Part shown: piece after piece, positions 28,512 to 37,991 of the stretch
Numbering within the stretch: position 1 is the first letter of the stretch
Layout of the letters: each line of letters begins with the position of its first letter
Virus record (IMG/VR): IMGVR_UViG_2875535316_000004
DNA: 64,000 bases
Reading direction: 5' to 3' (one strand)
Source: an uncultured virus (IMG/VR IMGVR_UViG_2875535316_000004)
Taxonomy: Duplodnaviria > Heunggongvirae > Uroviricota > Caudoviricetes
Notes under the pieces: generated by a model
The model's database searches: none
Told to the model about the DNA's origin: nothing
The model's input: the letters and a program-made list of their open reading frames with translations, nothing else
Position numbers and translations under genes: made by a program

Positions 28512-30187
28512 GCGATCAGTGGATCCCGAATGCCTGCCATGAAATTGTCCATCCCGCCCCTGCCCTCTGGATTAAGGCTCAGCAGCGAAACGGCGTTGAA
28601 TGTAGCCATCAGCGGGTCAATCTTTGCGGTGCCCGATGCTTGCTTGGTTATCAAGAAGGCGTTAGCCGAAGGCACTCCCTTGGCATTTCCGCAGGACCAG
28701 GCCATGAGCGGCTGACCACAATGGAGCAGCGAACCCTCGGCAAGCTTGCGTTCCGTCGTTTTGATTGCGCCGGTGAGTTTCCAGCCTTGAGAGATGCCCA
28801 CGATCTTGTCTTCCTCGACGCCGGCATCCGCAAGCGCGTCGAGCACTGCGCCGATGCCGGCCGGGTCGAGGCCAACTTTGTCGAGTAGTCCGGTGCCATT
28901 GACGCGAGCTACGATGGCCGCAAATTGCTCAACGTCATCACCGATGCGTTCCACAATGGTGATGTCGCCAGCCTTTTCTAGGTCCCTCAAGCGTGGTGCT
29001 TCTGACTTGCGGCGCTCCAGAACCGAAGGGTGGGCCCAGGCGTGAGCCCAGTGGAACCACCTGCGAGTTCCCGCCTCCCGGCCCATCACGGCAAGACCGA
29101 GCAAGTCATCAAGCCCGCCGCCGTCACCGCCAACATCAATGACCTCGCATCGCGTGAGGATTTCTTCGAGGCTGAGCCACGCTGCAGCCTGCGCCTCCCA
29201 AAATTCCGCCCCGACCCACGCGTCGGACATCAGCGCCAGGCCGATCTCGATGTTGAGGTGCTTGGCCAGGAACCCACGTAATTCAGCCTCACCGTCCAGC
29301 TCAGCCTGCATAAACAGCCGCTCAAGCGTAGGCCGGTCAACGGAGTAGTCGATGTTCGGATTGACCACGTGGAAGTTCTCAGGCTTCCGCGCCTCGCCGC
29401 TCTTGATCATCTCTTGAGAGAACTCATAGATGATCGGCAGGAAGCGGTTGTCGTCGATCCGGCCATCACGCACGCCGCGTGCATAGTTGAGCTTGGAGCG
29501 GAACACACCCGCCGGCGGCTCATTCGACTGGGTCGTCAGCCAGATGATGAAGCCTTCGGGTCGCGACAGCAGACCGCCAGTGGCCTCGCGGATCATGTCA
29601 GCGGCTTTCGGGTTTTTGCCGAATAGCCAAGCTTCGTCGATGAGGACACCGACGGCTTTCTTGCCGCCCACCACATCGCTATCCGCAGCCACCACCTTCA
29701 AGGTGGCACCGGTCTCGCGATGGGTGATCAACCGCAGGTGCGGCTGAACATGCAGCAACGCTTTCAGCTCGTCGTCATTGTTGACCATGTCTTTGGCCGG
29801 GATGAACGAGTTGTCGGCAATCTCCTTGGTCGGCGCCAGGATGATGAACTCAGCCGAAAGACGCCAGTTGCGGATCAGTGCGGTCAGCATGATCCCTGCA
29901 GCGATCGTAGATTTACTGTTTTTCTTCGGGATGCAGAGCATCACTTCGCGGATCAGACGCTCGCCAGTCTCGCTGTTGTAGCTGCCGAAGATGGCCCCGG
30001 CGAACGCCAAGACCCAGGGTGCGCAGGCAGCCTCAATGGTGGGGCTGCCCGGGGCATCGACGATCTTCAGCCCCTTGAACACATCAAGGCCGGCTTCAGC
30101 CTCGTCTGGAAACAGCGGCTCGGGGATGATTGATTCGCCCGCAGCAAGGCACCTCCACCAATCCGGGCAGGCTGTTGTCCATTGCAT
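28508..30187 (-). CDS. terminase large subunit
   Basis: IPKKNSKST Walker A, VLIDE Walker B, KIDPLMA. Confidence 0.95.
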   Translation of the reverse strand: MQWTTACPDWWRCLAAGESIIPEPLFPDEAEAGLDVFKGLKIVDAPGSPTIEAACAPWVLAFAGAIFGSYNSETGERLIREVMLCIPKKNSKSTIAAGIMLTALIRNWRLSAEFIILAPTKEIADNSFIPAKDMVNNDDELKALLHVQPHLRLITHRETGATLKVVAADSDVVGGKKAVGVLIDEAWLFGKNPKAADMIREATGGLLSRPEGFIIWLTTQSNEPPAGVFRSKLNYARGVRDGRIDDNRFLPIIYEFSQEMIKSGEARKPENFHVVNPNIDYSVDRPTLERLFMQAELDGEAELRGFLAKHLNIEIGLALMSDAWVGAEFWEAQAAAWLSLEEILTRCEVIDVGGDGGGLDDLLGLAVMGREAGTRRWFHWAHAWAHPSVLERRKSEAPRLRDLEKAGDITIVERIGDDVEQFAAIVARVNGTGLLDKVGLDPAGIGAVLDALADAGVEEDKIVGISQGWKLTGAIKTTERKLAEGSLLHCGQPLMAWSCGNAKGVPSANAFLITKQASGTAKIDPLMATFNAVSLLSLNPEGRGGMDNFMAGIRDPLIA

Positions 30188-30190
30188 AGG

Positions 30191-30667
30191 TCAGTTCTTC
30201 ACTACGGAGAGAGGCGGCTTGCCCTGGGAGTACTTGCCTTTACCGACCTGCTTGGCGGCCTCGGCCTTCTGCTCTTTCTTGCCCTGGTCGGCGACCTTGC
30301 CGTGCACATAAGGCATTAACGTCTTGGCCGCTTCCAGCCGCATGCGCATGTCGGCGCCTTCTGCGTTCATCAGCTCAGTGAGAAAGGCTCGCGGGTCGTC
30401 GGTCTCGGTTAACGACAGCTCATCGGCGTGCTGCTCCTGAGGTTGTTCGGCTTTAACTTTTCGAGAGGGTTTAACCTCAGAACTGGAGGCCTGCTTTTGC
30501 TTCAAGCGGCGCCCGACTTCGGCAAGGACATCGGGGTCCTTCGCAAGCTTGGAGCCCGCTTGCGACGCGGTCTTCTCCGAATATCCTGCGGCGATCGCCG
30601 CCTCGCGATTTGTGGCACCCGACAGCAAAGCGTCAACAAACCGCCGCTTCTTGTCGGTTAAAGCCAT
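30191..30667 (-). CDS. terminase small subunit
   Basis: LTDKKRRFV, AAIAAGYSEKTA HTH. Confidence 0.9.
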   Translation of the reverse strand: MALTDKKRRFVDALLSGATNREAAIAAGYSEKTASQAGSKLAKDPDVLAEVGRRLKQKQASSSEVKPSRKVKAEQPQEQHADELSLTETDDPRAFLTELMNAEGADMRMRLEAAKTLMPYVHGKVADQGKKEQKAEAAKQVGKGKYSQGKPPLSVVKN

Positions 30668-30800
30668 AGTTAACTTTTCCTGAAACGGGAAAAAATGTGT
30701 ACGTGGGGTCGGAGGCGGTCTAGCTAGATGAGAATCCTTAGCTTTTGACCCCCCTACCCCTTTTTGATGAGAATTCGTCTCATTAGTGGCGACTCGGACG
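30668..30800. other. probable cos region
   Basis: Non-coding gap between HNH and terS with G-run and ATTCTCATC repeats; cut site not determined. Confidence 0.45.
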
Positions 30801-30906
30801 CTTCAGCGGCCCTTTCGAGGGCCGGTCGCACCAATCCGGGACGAAATGCGGATTTCTACAGCCCTCTTCATCCAATTTTTCTTATAAAAATAAGATTTTT
30901 ATAGCG

Positions 30907-31242
30907 CTATAAGATTCCAGCCGCTTCCTCAGACTGCTTGACAGAGTCGTGGCAGAGCTTGCAGAGGCTCTGCCAGTTGGTCTGATCCCAGAAGAGAACC
31001 ATGTCACCGCGGTGCGCCACGATGTGGTCAACCACCTTTGCGGCAGAAGTTCGGCCGTCCCGCTCGCAAAACACGCAGAGCGGGTGCTCATTGAGGTAAT
31101 GCTCTCGCGCCTTCTGCCATCGGTAGTCGTAGCCACGCTGGGAGCTGGTCATGCCGCTACGCCAGCTACCAGGCGTGACCACCTTGACCCGCGAACTTGC
31201 GCTCTCCTTGATGCGCGCCCCCAAAGTCTTGAGCCTTCCCAT
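30907..31242 (-). CDS. HNH endonuclease (gp74-like terminase cofactor)
   Basis: CxxC, VDHIVAH, NWQSLCKLCH. Confidence 0.9.
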   Translation of the reverse strand: MGRLKTLGARIKESASSRVKVVTPGSWRSGMTSSQRGYDYRWQKAREHYLNEHPLCVFCERDGRTSAAKVVDHIVAHRGDMVLFWDQTNWQSLCKLCHDSVKQSEEAAGIL

Positions 31243-31400
31243 CAGCGCAACTCGACCTTAATGCCGCGCTCTATCCATCGAGAGACGCGACCCATGTCCG
31301 GCTCACGGCCGGTGATACGGGACACGACGAGAACGCCGGCCATGTAGTACTTCAACCACCAGCTATGGCGGTAGACGATCGTGACATACACCTTGTCCAT
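31242..31400 (-). CDS. hypothetical protein (52 aa)
   Basis: GGAG RBS; coupled to HNH start. Confidence 0.5.
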   Translation of the reverse strand: MDKVYVTIVYRHSWWLKYYMAGVLVVSRITGREPDMGRVSRWIERGIKVELR

Positions 31401-31412
31401 GACCGGTGCTCC

Positions 31413-31640
31413 TCATCTCTTGTACCAAGTCAGCTGGTAGCGCCGCGCATCAGGCGGCACCTCAGCAATAGGCCAGCGCAGGCACTGCATGTGCTTGCGC
31501 TCAGGCTTGGCGCGGCTTACTCGAAGCGTCTGCACCAAGTATGCAGACCCGGCTGCGGTGCTGATGAAGTCGCCAACCGCTATGCCATCAGCGCCGTCAA
31601 TGTATAGCTTGCAGGGAGTGTATGGCGCCTTAGCCATCAC
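31413..31640 (-). CDS. hypothetical protein
   Basis: Tiled ORF in late operon. Confidence 0.55.
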   Translation of the reverse strand: MMAKAPYTPCKLYIDGADGIAVGDFISTAAGSAYLVQTLRVSRAKPERKHMQCLRWPIAEVPPDARRYQLTWYKR

Positions 31641-32053
31641 CCTGGCCGAACGGCGTCAAGCTGGATGCTAAGCAGCTGATTCAAATGGCTATTTAGTTTC
31701 TCACTGAGAAACCGATGGCCTGTACGCTGAGCGTCGGTAAAGTTGCTCTCAGATAGGAATATCGCCTGGTCGTTTAGCAGGCCCACCACATCCCGAATTG
31801 CGGACTCCAGGGGGTTTAGACCGGAGCAAACTAACTCGGCCGGCGCAACTTCTGGATGATCAACTTCCGCAGCTTTGCGAGAAGGATGGAACATCAACCG
31901 GCCGCCCATATACCGGTCCGGCCGAAGAACAAGATCCCCGGAATTAAGCAGTGGCTCCAGCAGCAGCATGGCTCGGCGAGCATCCTCGCTGAACTCCACT
32001 GCGCGGCCGCGCCAGTCGCGGCTAACAATGTGGTCGTTATTTTGTTGGCTCAT
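31637..32053 (-). CDS. hypothetical protein
   Basis: GAGAGG RBS; tiled ORF. Confidence 0.55.
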   Translation of the reverse strand: MSQQNNDHIVSRDWRGRAVEFSEDARRAMLLLEPLLNSGDLVLRPDRYMGGRLMFHPSRKAAEVDHPEVAPAELVCSGLNPLESAIRDVVGLLNDQAIFLSESNFTDAQRTGHRFLSEKLNSHLNQLLSIQLDAVRPG

Positions 32054-32080
32054 GGCGCCCTCCTCTCGATTTGTGAATCA

Positions 32081-32299
32081 CTACTCATCTGCAAGACGGA
32101 CATAGGAACCGTCGCAATTGAACTCAACGAGGATCCGAATAACCTCTCCGGCCTCCTGAATGATCTGAACCTTTGACTGGCCTGCTAGAACCTCACCACT
32201 GAAGGCGTCATGAAGGCACAGATATGGGCCATCGCGCTTCACGATCAGGGGCCGGGACGACAACAGGTACTTAAGCTTCGATTGAGCTGCGCTCTTCAT
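32081..32299 (-). CDS. hypothetical protein
   Basis: Tiled ORF with ATGA overlap. Confidence 0.55.
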   Translation of the reverse strand: MKSAAQSKLKYLLSSRPLIVKRDGPYLCLHDAFSGEVLAGQSKVQIIQEAGEVIRILVEFNCDGSYVRLADE

Positions 32300-32493
32300 C
32301 GCGCCTCCTTGATCTGCCGCACAATGTCATCAGCACGATCACGCACCTCAAGCACCTGGCCGTCAAACGTACGGACGATTGCGCAGATGCCGTGCCATTG
32401 GCTGCTGGACCCCGCTTCAGTAACCGAAGCGATGGCAGCTGGGGCCAAGTGAATCGCGTTGCGGTTGATGCCGGTAAGCTGGATCATGGCCAA
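32296..32493 (-). CDS. hypothetical protein
   Basis: GGAGG RBS; tiled ORF. Confidence 0.55.
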   Translation of the reverse strand: MAMIQLTGINRNAIHLAPAAIASVTEAGSSSQWHGICAIVRTFDGQVLEVRDRADDIVRQIKEAR

Positions 32494-32816
32494 GCCTCCG
32501 ATTGGGTGCGGCTCAGAGCCTCGTCAGCCTTGTCTACCGCCTGGGTTGCAGTGGTTGCCGCCCTGGATGCCTTGGTTGCGGCGCTCTCGGCCTTGATTGT
32601 CAGTTCGGCCAAGCGCTTGTCGCGCTCAGCCATCGCTGCGTCATAGGCATCCCGGATCTGCTTCACCTGATTGGCCTGGATGGTGGTCATCGCCCAGTAG
32701 GCGGACTGCCAACCCAGTGCTGCTCCACCAGCAACCAGAAGCACAGCGATGAACCAGACCTCAGCCCTTCGCCACCAGCGTCGGGCAATGAATTGCAGCG
32801 CGCACGTGTCCATCAC
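32484..32816 (-). CDS. membrane protein (one TM + coiled coil), lysis-region
   Basis: TM segment then Ala-rich coil. Confidence 0.6.
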   Translation of the reverse strand: MMDTCALQFIARRWWRRAEVWFIAVLLVAGGAALGWQSAYWAMTTIQANQVKQIRDAYDAAMAERDKRLAELTIKAESAATKASRAATTATQAVDKADEALSRTQSEAWP

Positions 32817-32819
32817 GAT

Positions 32820-33182
32820 TTACCTCCGGGCTTCCCGCAAGCGAGCAATCTCTTCGCTTTGCGCGGTGACTTGCTTGGTGAGTTGGCCGACCTGGCCGGT
32901 CAGCGCCTCGATCTTGCCTTCCAGGCGTCCGACGGTCGCGGCGAGGTCATTTCGCTCCTTGGCGAACTGATCAGCTCTGGCCTCGGCAAGCTTGCGCGCC
33001 TCGCGCTCGGAGTCGAGCAGCTCATTCAGTCTGCGCACAGTGCCGATGTCGGCAGTATCCATGGCGCGATCAGCTGCATCTTTGGACAGGAAGCGGCGCA
33101 CCCAAAGCAGTGCACCCGTTACAACGATGCCACTACCGCCCAGCCAGGTGGCTGTGCCTGGGCCGAGATCGGTCGGATCCAT
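32820..33182 (-). CDS. putative holin-like protein
   Basis: MDPTDLG start, single TM, coiled coil; near start of late operon. Confidence 0.5.
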   Translation of the reverse strand: MDPTDLGPGTATWLGGSGIVVTGALLWVRRFLSKDAADRAMDTADIGTVRRLNELLDSEREARKLAEARADQFAKERNDLAATVGRLEGKIEALTGQVGQLTKQVTAQSEEIARLREARR

Positions 33183-33525
33183 CAGTTGCTCCATTTGGGT
33201 TGGTTAGTGCAGCCCTTGGCGCGGCGCTTGTACCGCAGCAGCTTGCGAAGGTGGGTGGTCCGAGAGGGCCGGACCTTCGAATCCTCTTGGGGCTCCATAC
33301 GGGTAAGCAGGTAATGCGTCTCGTCGATCAAGTTCGAGAGATACACATGGCGCCGGTAGTACTCTCGAATGACGTTCACGCTGGCCGCTCCAGAAACGAA
33401 AAAGGCCCGCCGCCATGGCGAGCCTTCAGATAGATCAGCCCCAACAGCACTCCCAGCTCGGAGCGATGGGCGTGGTGGAGCCGAAAACGAAAAAGGCCCA
33501 CCAGATCGGCGAGCCTTGTAGTTGG

Positions 33526-33631
33526 TGCAGATGGCCGGTGCGTACCCGGCTGACTCCCTCTCGTACTATTTCAGCGGGCCTATTGGGATCGAGCTCCGTA
33601 ATCTGCCATTCAGCCATGGCATTCATCTGCA
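33526..33631 (-). ncRNA. C4-like structured RNA in late leader
   Basis: TGCAGATG/CATCTGCA closing stem, AATGCCATGGCTGAATGGC arm, GCCGGGTACGCACCGGC arm. Confidence 0.5.
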
Positions 33632-33745
33632 TAAACGAAAAAGCCCAGCGCAATGGCCGGGCTTTGTGTGCCACTCCTCAGCAACGCGCAGGAATGACAG
33701 GATGGGGATAATTTCGCTCAGTCGCTCACTGATGTCAACAGGCAA

Positions 33746-34432
33746 TCATGCGGCCTCTTTCATCAGCAACCCTTCAGCCTCCAGAATCACCTTCACGTCA
33801 GCAAGGGCATCATCGACCAGGCCGTCGAGCTTCTCGTTGATTTCAGCCCTCCAACGGCGGCGTGTTGACTCTGGCGTGGCGTCGAGGTCCCAAGTGTTCA
33901 TGTCGTAGAAGCTATCCGGCAGGATGATCACACCCTCTAGCAGCGCCTCGATGCGCTTCTTCTCAGCCTGTCCTGCTGCAACCGCAGCATTGACGGTTGC
34001 GTCACGACGCCATGCGGAGGCATCCAAAGGAATCTCAACCGACACGGACCGCGGCGGCTTGCGTCGAGCCCCTTTGAGCTTCGGGATCGCCCAGGCCGTG
34101 ACCGCCTTGTAGATGAACAACTGCGATGCGGGGCTGGCAATGCGAGGACGCACCAGGGTGATGGCCTGGACCTTTTTCGCCTTGTTCGTGCTGTACTTCG
34201 CCACCAATGCATCCCAGTGCTGCGGCTTGAGCATGTGGTGAAGTCGCGCAGACACCCAAAAGTCGATCTGGGCTTGGTCGAAGCCTCCCGAACCGACGGC
34301 CAGCGACGCCAAGCATCCACCCTCTTCCTCTGCCGCTTTGTACAGCTTCTGCCAGGCCTGGGCCTTCGCTGATCCCTTCTCGCCCGCTGCCAAAGCGGCA
34401 ACCACTGCACCTGATGCGCTGCTGTAGATCAT
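33746..34432 (-). CDS. probable late antiterminator (Q-position protein)
   Basis: Last gene before the late leader; PESTRRRW HTH-like C-terminus. Confidence 0.6.
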   Translation of the reverse strand: MIYSSASGAVVAALAAGEKGSAKAQAWQKLYKAAEEEGGCLASLAVGSGGFDQAQIDFWVSARLHHMLKPQHWDALVAKYSTNKAKKVQAITLVRPRIASPASQLFIYKAVTAWAIPKLKGARRKPPRSVSVEIPLDASAWRRDATVNAAVAAGQAEKKRIEALLEGVIILPDSFYDMNTWDLDATPESTRRRWRAEINEKLDGLVDDALADVKVILEAEGLLMKEAA

Positions 34433-34537
34433 GTCCTTCCCCCTAATTCCCGGTGTAGTTGCTGCCCCCGGCGCCGGCCGGTTGCCTTCCTGATACTGCG
34501 AACCCGGGCCGCTTGAACGACGGCCCGCGGTCATTTC

Positions 34538-34942
34538 TCACTGCAGCGCCTCCAGCAGTGCGCCCATGGAGTGGTAAACGCCTTTTGCCCCTTCCGGCTC
34601 GTAATCGGCCCGTACCCGGTATCGGGCATCGGCAGCCATGGCCACCACGAGCACCGGGAGGCCTCCGGCAAGCTCCAAAGTCAGCGACTCAATGTCTGCC
34701 GGGTTAACTGCCAGCCGTGTACGAGGAAGGATCAGCACCAAGCTGGAGCACCTGAGCAGATCCTTGTGCACGGTTGAAACGTGATCCCAGCTGCCGGCCT
34801 CCTCGAAGACGTCACCGTTGCGCATCCGCACCTCGAGGACTGGCGAGTAATTCACAGTGAAGATGAAGACCGCGCTTATCTGCTCGATGAACTCCTTGGT
34901 TGCCATGCCTGGGAGGTAGGGCTGTCGTGCCGGATTTCTCAT
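34538..34942 (-). CDS. hypothetical protein
   Basis: Coupled to upstream recombinase; start uncertain. Confidence 0.45.
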   Translation of the reverse strand: MRNPARQPYLPGMATKEFIEQISAVFIFTVNYSPVLEVRMRNGDVFEEAGSWDHVSTVHKDLLRCSSLVLILPRTRLAVNPADIESLTLELAGGLPVLVVAMAADARYRVRADYEPEGAKGVYHSMGALLEALQ

Positions 34943-36228
34943 TTCGAATCCTCGCTTATGGTTGATTCCGAAATGTCGGCGCAGCCCGCGCCCTGCAAGG
35001 CCTCGGCGGAGTTACCTGAATACACGGATCTAAAGTGGGTCAAGCCGCGAATCATGGTGAAGCCTTTATGATCAAGGTGTGCATGCCACTTCTCCAGCGC
35101 CTCGCGCTTGCGGGCCATCATGTCGGACTGGATGTACACCTTCACGTTGTGCCCCATGGCATGGTTGACCAGCAGTTCGCCCACCAGGTGGTCAACGCCC
35201 AGGTCAGCCCAGCAAGTGCGAGCCAGCTTGCGCAGGTCGTGGCTGGTCCACTCGCCTTCACTGATGGCTTCGAACACCGTCCACGCTTGAACCTCTCCCA
35301 GCGGCTTGCCCTTCCTGCCCGGGAACAGGAACTGGCCGTCATAATCCTCGCTGCGCTGAATCTCGCGATAGGCCATAAGCACGGCGCATACCGGGGCGGT
35401 CAGTGGCAGGCGATGTTGGACGCGGGTTTTGGTGTGCTCGGCCGGAATGAACCACTCCCGCTCAGCCAGGCTGATATGGCTCCATCGAGCCATGCGGGTC
35501 TCGGCCAGACGCGTTCCATGGAACAGCATCATCAACGCCAGCACGCCATGTTGCGGGTTTTGGGCTAGCGTGCTGAGCAGGCGCGCTACCAGCTGCTCCA
35601 GGTGCACACCCCGCAGTCGGGATGGTTTGACTGTGACCTTGGCCTTGGAGAAGTCCCCGAAGCGGATACCTGCCATAGGGTTGGTACTGATCTTTTCGAG
35701 CTTGAAGGCCTGGCGGAAAGCCAGAGCCAGGAGCTGATACACCAGGCGCACGTAGTCGATCGACAGCGACTCCTGCAGCGGCCACATCAACTCTCGGTCG
35801 AGCAGCGCCTTGTCGATCTGAGCCAGCGGCGTTTCGCCCAGGCGCGGCATCAGGTGCTGTTTGATCGCCGACGCCGCCGTGCTCTTGCGCTTGGCCGAGA
35901 GGTTGCGGTCACGGGACATGCGCTCCGCGAACCAGGCCAGCAGCTCACCAGTCAGCACCCAGCTCGACAGGCTCGAACCCTCCCCGGCCTCCAAGCGCAG
36001 GCGGATATCCGGAAGCGCAGCGGCCACCTTGGCAGCGCTCAGATCCGGGTATGAGCCGATCAAGTTCCACTTGCCCTTGTGGATCAGGTACCAAGACCCG
36101 CGCTCGCGGGAGCGGTGGAACCGGAAGTACAGGCCGTGGTTGCCCAAGGCGCGCAGGTCACGCACCTGGCCGGCGGCCTGCCGGCGGATCTCTGCATCGC
36201 TGATTTTCACAGCGGCGGTATTGGTCAT
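34939..36228 (-). CDS. tyrosine recombinase in nin region
   Basis: GTRLAE (R), KT, HDLRK, NH, VY catalytic set; arm-binding-like N-terminus. Confidence 0.88.
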   Translation of the reverse strand: MTNTAAVKISDAEIRRQAAGQVRDLRALGNHGLYFRFHRSRERGSWYLIHKGKWNLIGSYPDLSAAKVAAALPDIRLRLEAGEGSSLSSWVLTGELLAWFAERMSRDRNLSAKRKSTAASAIKQHLMPRLGETPLAQIDKALLDRELMWPLQESLSIDYVRLVYQLLALAFRQAFKLEKISTNPMAGIRFGDFSKAKVTVKPSRLRGVHLEQLVARLLSTLAQNPQHGVLALMMLFHGTRLAETRMARWSHISLAEREWFIPAEHTKTRVQHRLPLTAPVCAVLMAYREIQRSEDYDGQFLFPGRKGKPLGEVQAWTVFEAISEGEWTSHDLRKLARTCWADLGVDHLVGELLVNHAMGHNVKVYIQSDMMARKREALEKWHAHLDHKGFTMIRGLTHFRSVYSGNSAEALQGAGCADISESTISEDSK

Positions 36229-36653
36229 GCTGCAACCTCCGTTTTTGGCAGAAGCAGGTAGGCCCGCAGCTGCTCCATGGCGTCGAAGTGCCCTCGGCAC
36301 ACGATGGCGAGATAGCCCTGATCATTCAGGCGCCGGATACACGCCTGTTGACTGGGCGAGACGGGCGCCGGGTCAACCGTCGCCTTGAATTCGATGTACA
36401 TGCCGAAGTAGCCGCCCCGAGCCATCGGCAGGACCAGATCAGGTATACCGGCCTTAACGCCCTGGTCTTTCAGCTTTTCAGCAACCTTCTTGTACCGGTG
36501 GCCGCCGTTCGGTACGTGGTAGATCAACTCGAAAACGTCCGGGTAGCGCAGCGCGATTTCTTCCATCAGCGCGGCCTGTTCTGGGCCTTCCCGGTCTACG
36601 GGCTTCGACCGAGGCTTCTTGGCCCTCACCGGCTTCATGATCGCCGGCTTCAC
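36225..36653 (-). CDS. VRR-NUC nuclease
   Basis: HVPNGG, GIPDL, IEFK, SPSQ. Confidence 0.88.
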   Translation of the reverse strand: MKPAIMKPVRAKKPRSKPVDREGPEQAALMEEIALRYPDVFELIYHVPNGGHRYKKVAEKLKDQGVKAGIPDLVLPMARGGYFGMYIEFKATVDPAPVSPSQQACIRRLNDQGYLAIVCRGHFDAMEQLRAYLLLPKTEVAA

Positions 36654-36898
36654 TGTTCAGCCCTCCCAAGCTGGGATTGGATCTTCGCCAGGGCTTCAGG
36701 GGAGACGAACGCCCGGCCGCCCAGCATGATCATCGTGTCGCAAGCGACTTCCTTCGCACGCTGGCGGTAACGAAGGGCCGGAGCGTTCTTCCAGTGGCTC
36801 CACTTCCGTTCTGTCTGCCAGCGAATGGTCTTCGTCTTGGGCAGGTGCTCGCTGACATAGATCGGAATGCCGCTGAACACCATGGCTGGGCTGATCAT
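36650..36898 (-). CDS. hypothetical protein
   Basis: Tiled ORF with overlaps. Confidence 0.55.
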   Translation of the reverse strand: MISPAMVFSGIPIYVSEHLPKTKTIRWQTERKWSHWKNAPALRYRQRAKEVACDTMIMLGGRAFVSPEALAKIQSQLGRAEQ

Positions 36899-37194
36899 GC
36901 GGCCACCTTCCCTTCGCTCACGAGGATGTCGAGCATTCGCACCACGCCTTCCAGGTGCATCAACCGCAGCTCTTCGTGGCTGAAAGTGGTCTTCCTGCGC
37001 GAATCGACAGCGTCATGGCAGGCGCTGCAAGACCAGGCGGCCTGCAGGTCGTTCGGTTTGATACCCAAGCCGCAGGTGCCCGCCAGGCGGTAGTGCGCCA
37101 AGACGGTGGTCTCTGGGTTGCCGTTGCACACGCCCGGAATTCGCACCTGGCACTCGCGGCCGCGGGCGGCCTTGGTCAATTTGGTCTGCCGCAT
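36895..37194 (-). CDS. DUF1364/YbcO-like protein
   Basis: ARGRECQVRIPGVCN, LAHYR, CSACHD. Confidence 0.85.
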   Translation of the reverse strand: MRQTKLTKAARGRECQVRIPGVCNGNPETTVLAHYRLAGTCGLGIKPNDLQAAWSCSACHDAVDSRRKTTFSHEELRLMHLEGVVRMLDILVSEGKVAA

Positions 37195-37196
37195 CT

Positions 37197-37991
37197 TCAC
37201 AGATCCTCCTTGCCGCGCTGCGACTCCCAAGTGAACGGCAACACGATCACCCCACCCTCGCGGAGTCGATCGGCAGAGCGCTCACCCATCGCCGCGGGCA
37301 GTTCCTTAACGCCCAAGTTGGAGATCACGATGGTCGGCAGCATCTTCTCGTAGCGGCCATTGATGATCGAAAACAGGCGGCTCAGCTCGAATTCGCTGGG
37401 GGTCTCTCTGCTCGCCCCAACCTCGTCCAGCACAAGAAGCGTTGGCTTGATCAGACCATCGAGAATGCTGCCCTCGGATTGGCCGGAGCTTCCGTCGAAA
37501 GTCGCGCGGATGGACTGCAGGATGCCACCAAGGGTGCGGTACACCGCTGTGTGGCCGGTTGAAGCCATGACCGCCTGGGCAATGGAGACGCCGAGGTGAG
37601 TCTTACCAGTGCCGGGATTGCCGACCAGGATCATGCATCGCCCAGCCTCCAGGTTCTGCTCAAACTCTTCGGCGTACAGGTGGCAGCGGGCCTTGGCCTT
37701 GATCTGACCGGGGTTGTTGGCCTGGTAGGCCGCGAACGTCTTGCCCTTGAAACGCTTCGGGATCAAGGCGTCACCAAGCTTCCAGGCCAGCTCATGGCGC
37801 TCACGCTCGACCGCCAGCGCAGTTTCCTTCTCCGTTTGCAGCCGCTTGCACTCTGGGCATGGCGACCGAAATGTGCGGCTAAGGACATGGGTAACGGTCG
37901 CCAGATACTCGCCGTGATCCTCGCACATAGCCATCGAAGTGGATTGCGGCGTAGCCATGCTGGACAAATGAACAACCTTCTCAGAACGCAT
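37197..37991 (-). CDS. DnaC/IstB-like AAA+ helicase loader
   Basis: Zn finger, GNPGTGKT, LLVLDE, ISN. Confidence 0.9.
   Translation of the reverse strand: MRSEKVVHLSSMATPQSTSMAMCEDHGEYLATVTHVLSRTFRSPCPECKRLQTEKETALAVERERHELAWKLGDALIPKRFKGKTFAAYQANNPGQIKAKARCHLYAEEFEQNLEAGRCMILVGNPGTGKTHLGVSIAQAVMASTGHTAVYRTLGGILQSIRATFDGSSGQSEGSILDGLIKPTLLVLDEVGASRETPSEFELSRLFSIINGRYEKMLPTIVISNLGVKELPAAMGERSADRLREGGVIVLPFTWESQRGKEDL

Noticed and set aside
33182..33416. Small ORFs upstream of the holin candidate
   Set aside because: Overlapping alternatives with weak starts; cannot choose
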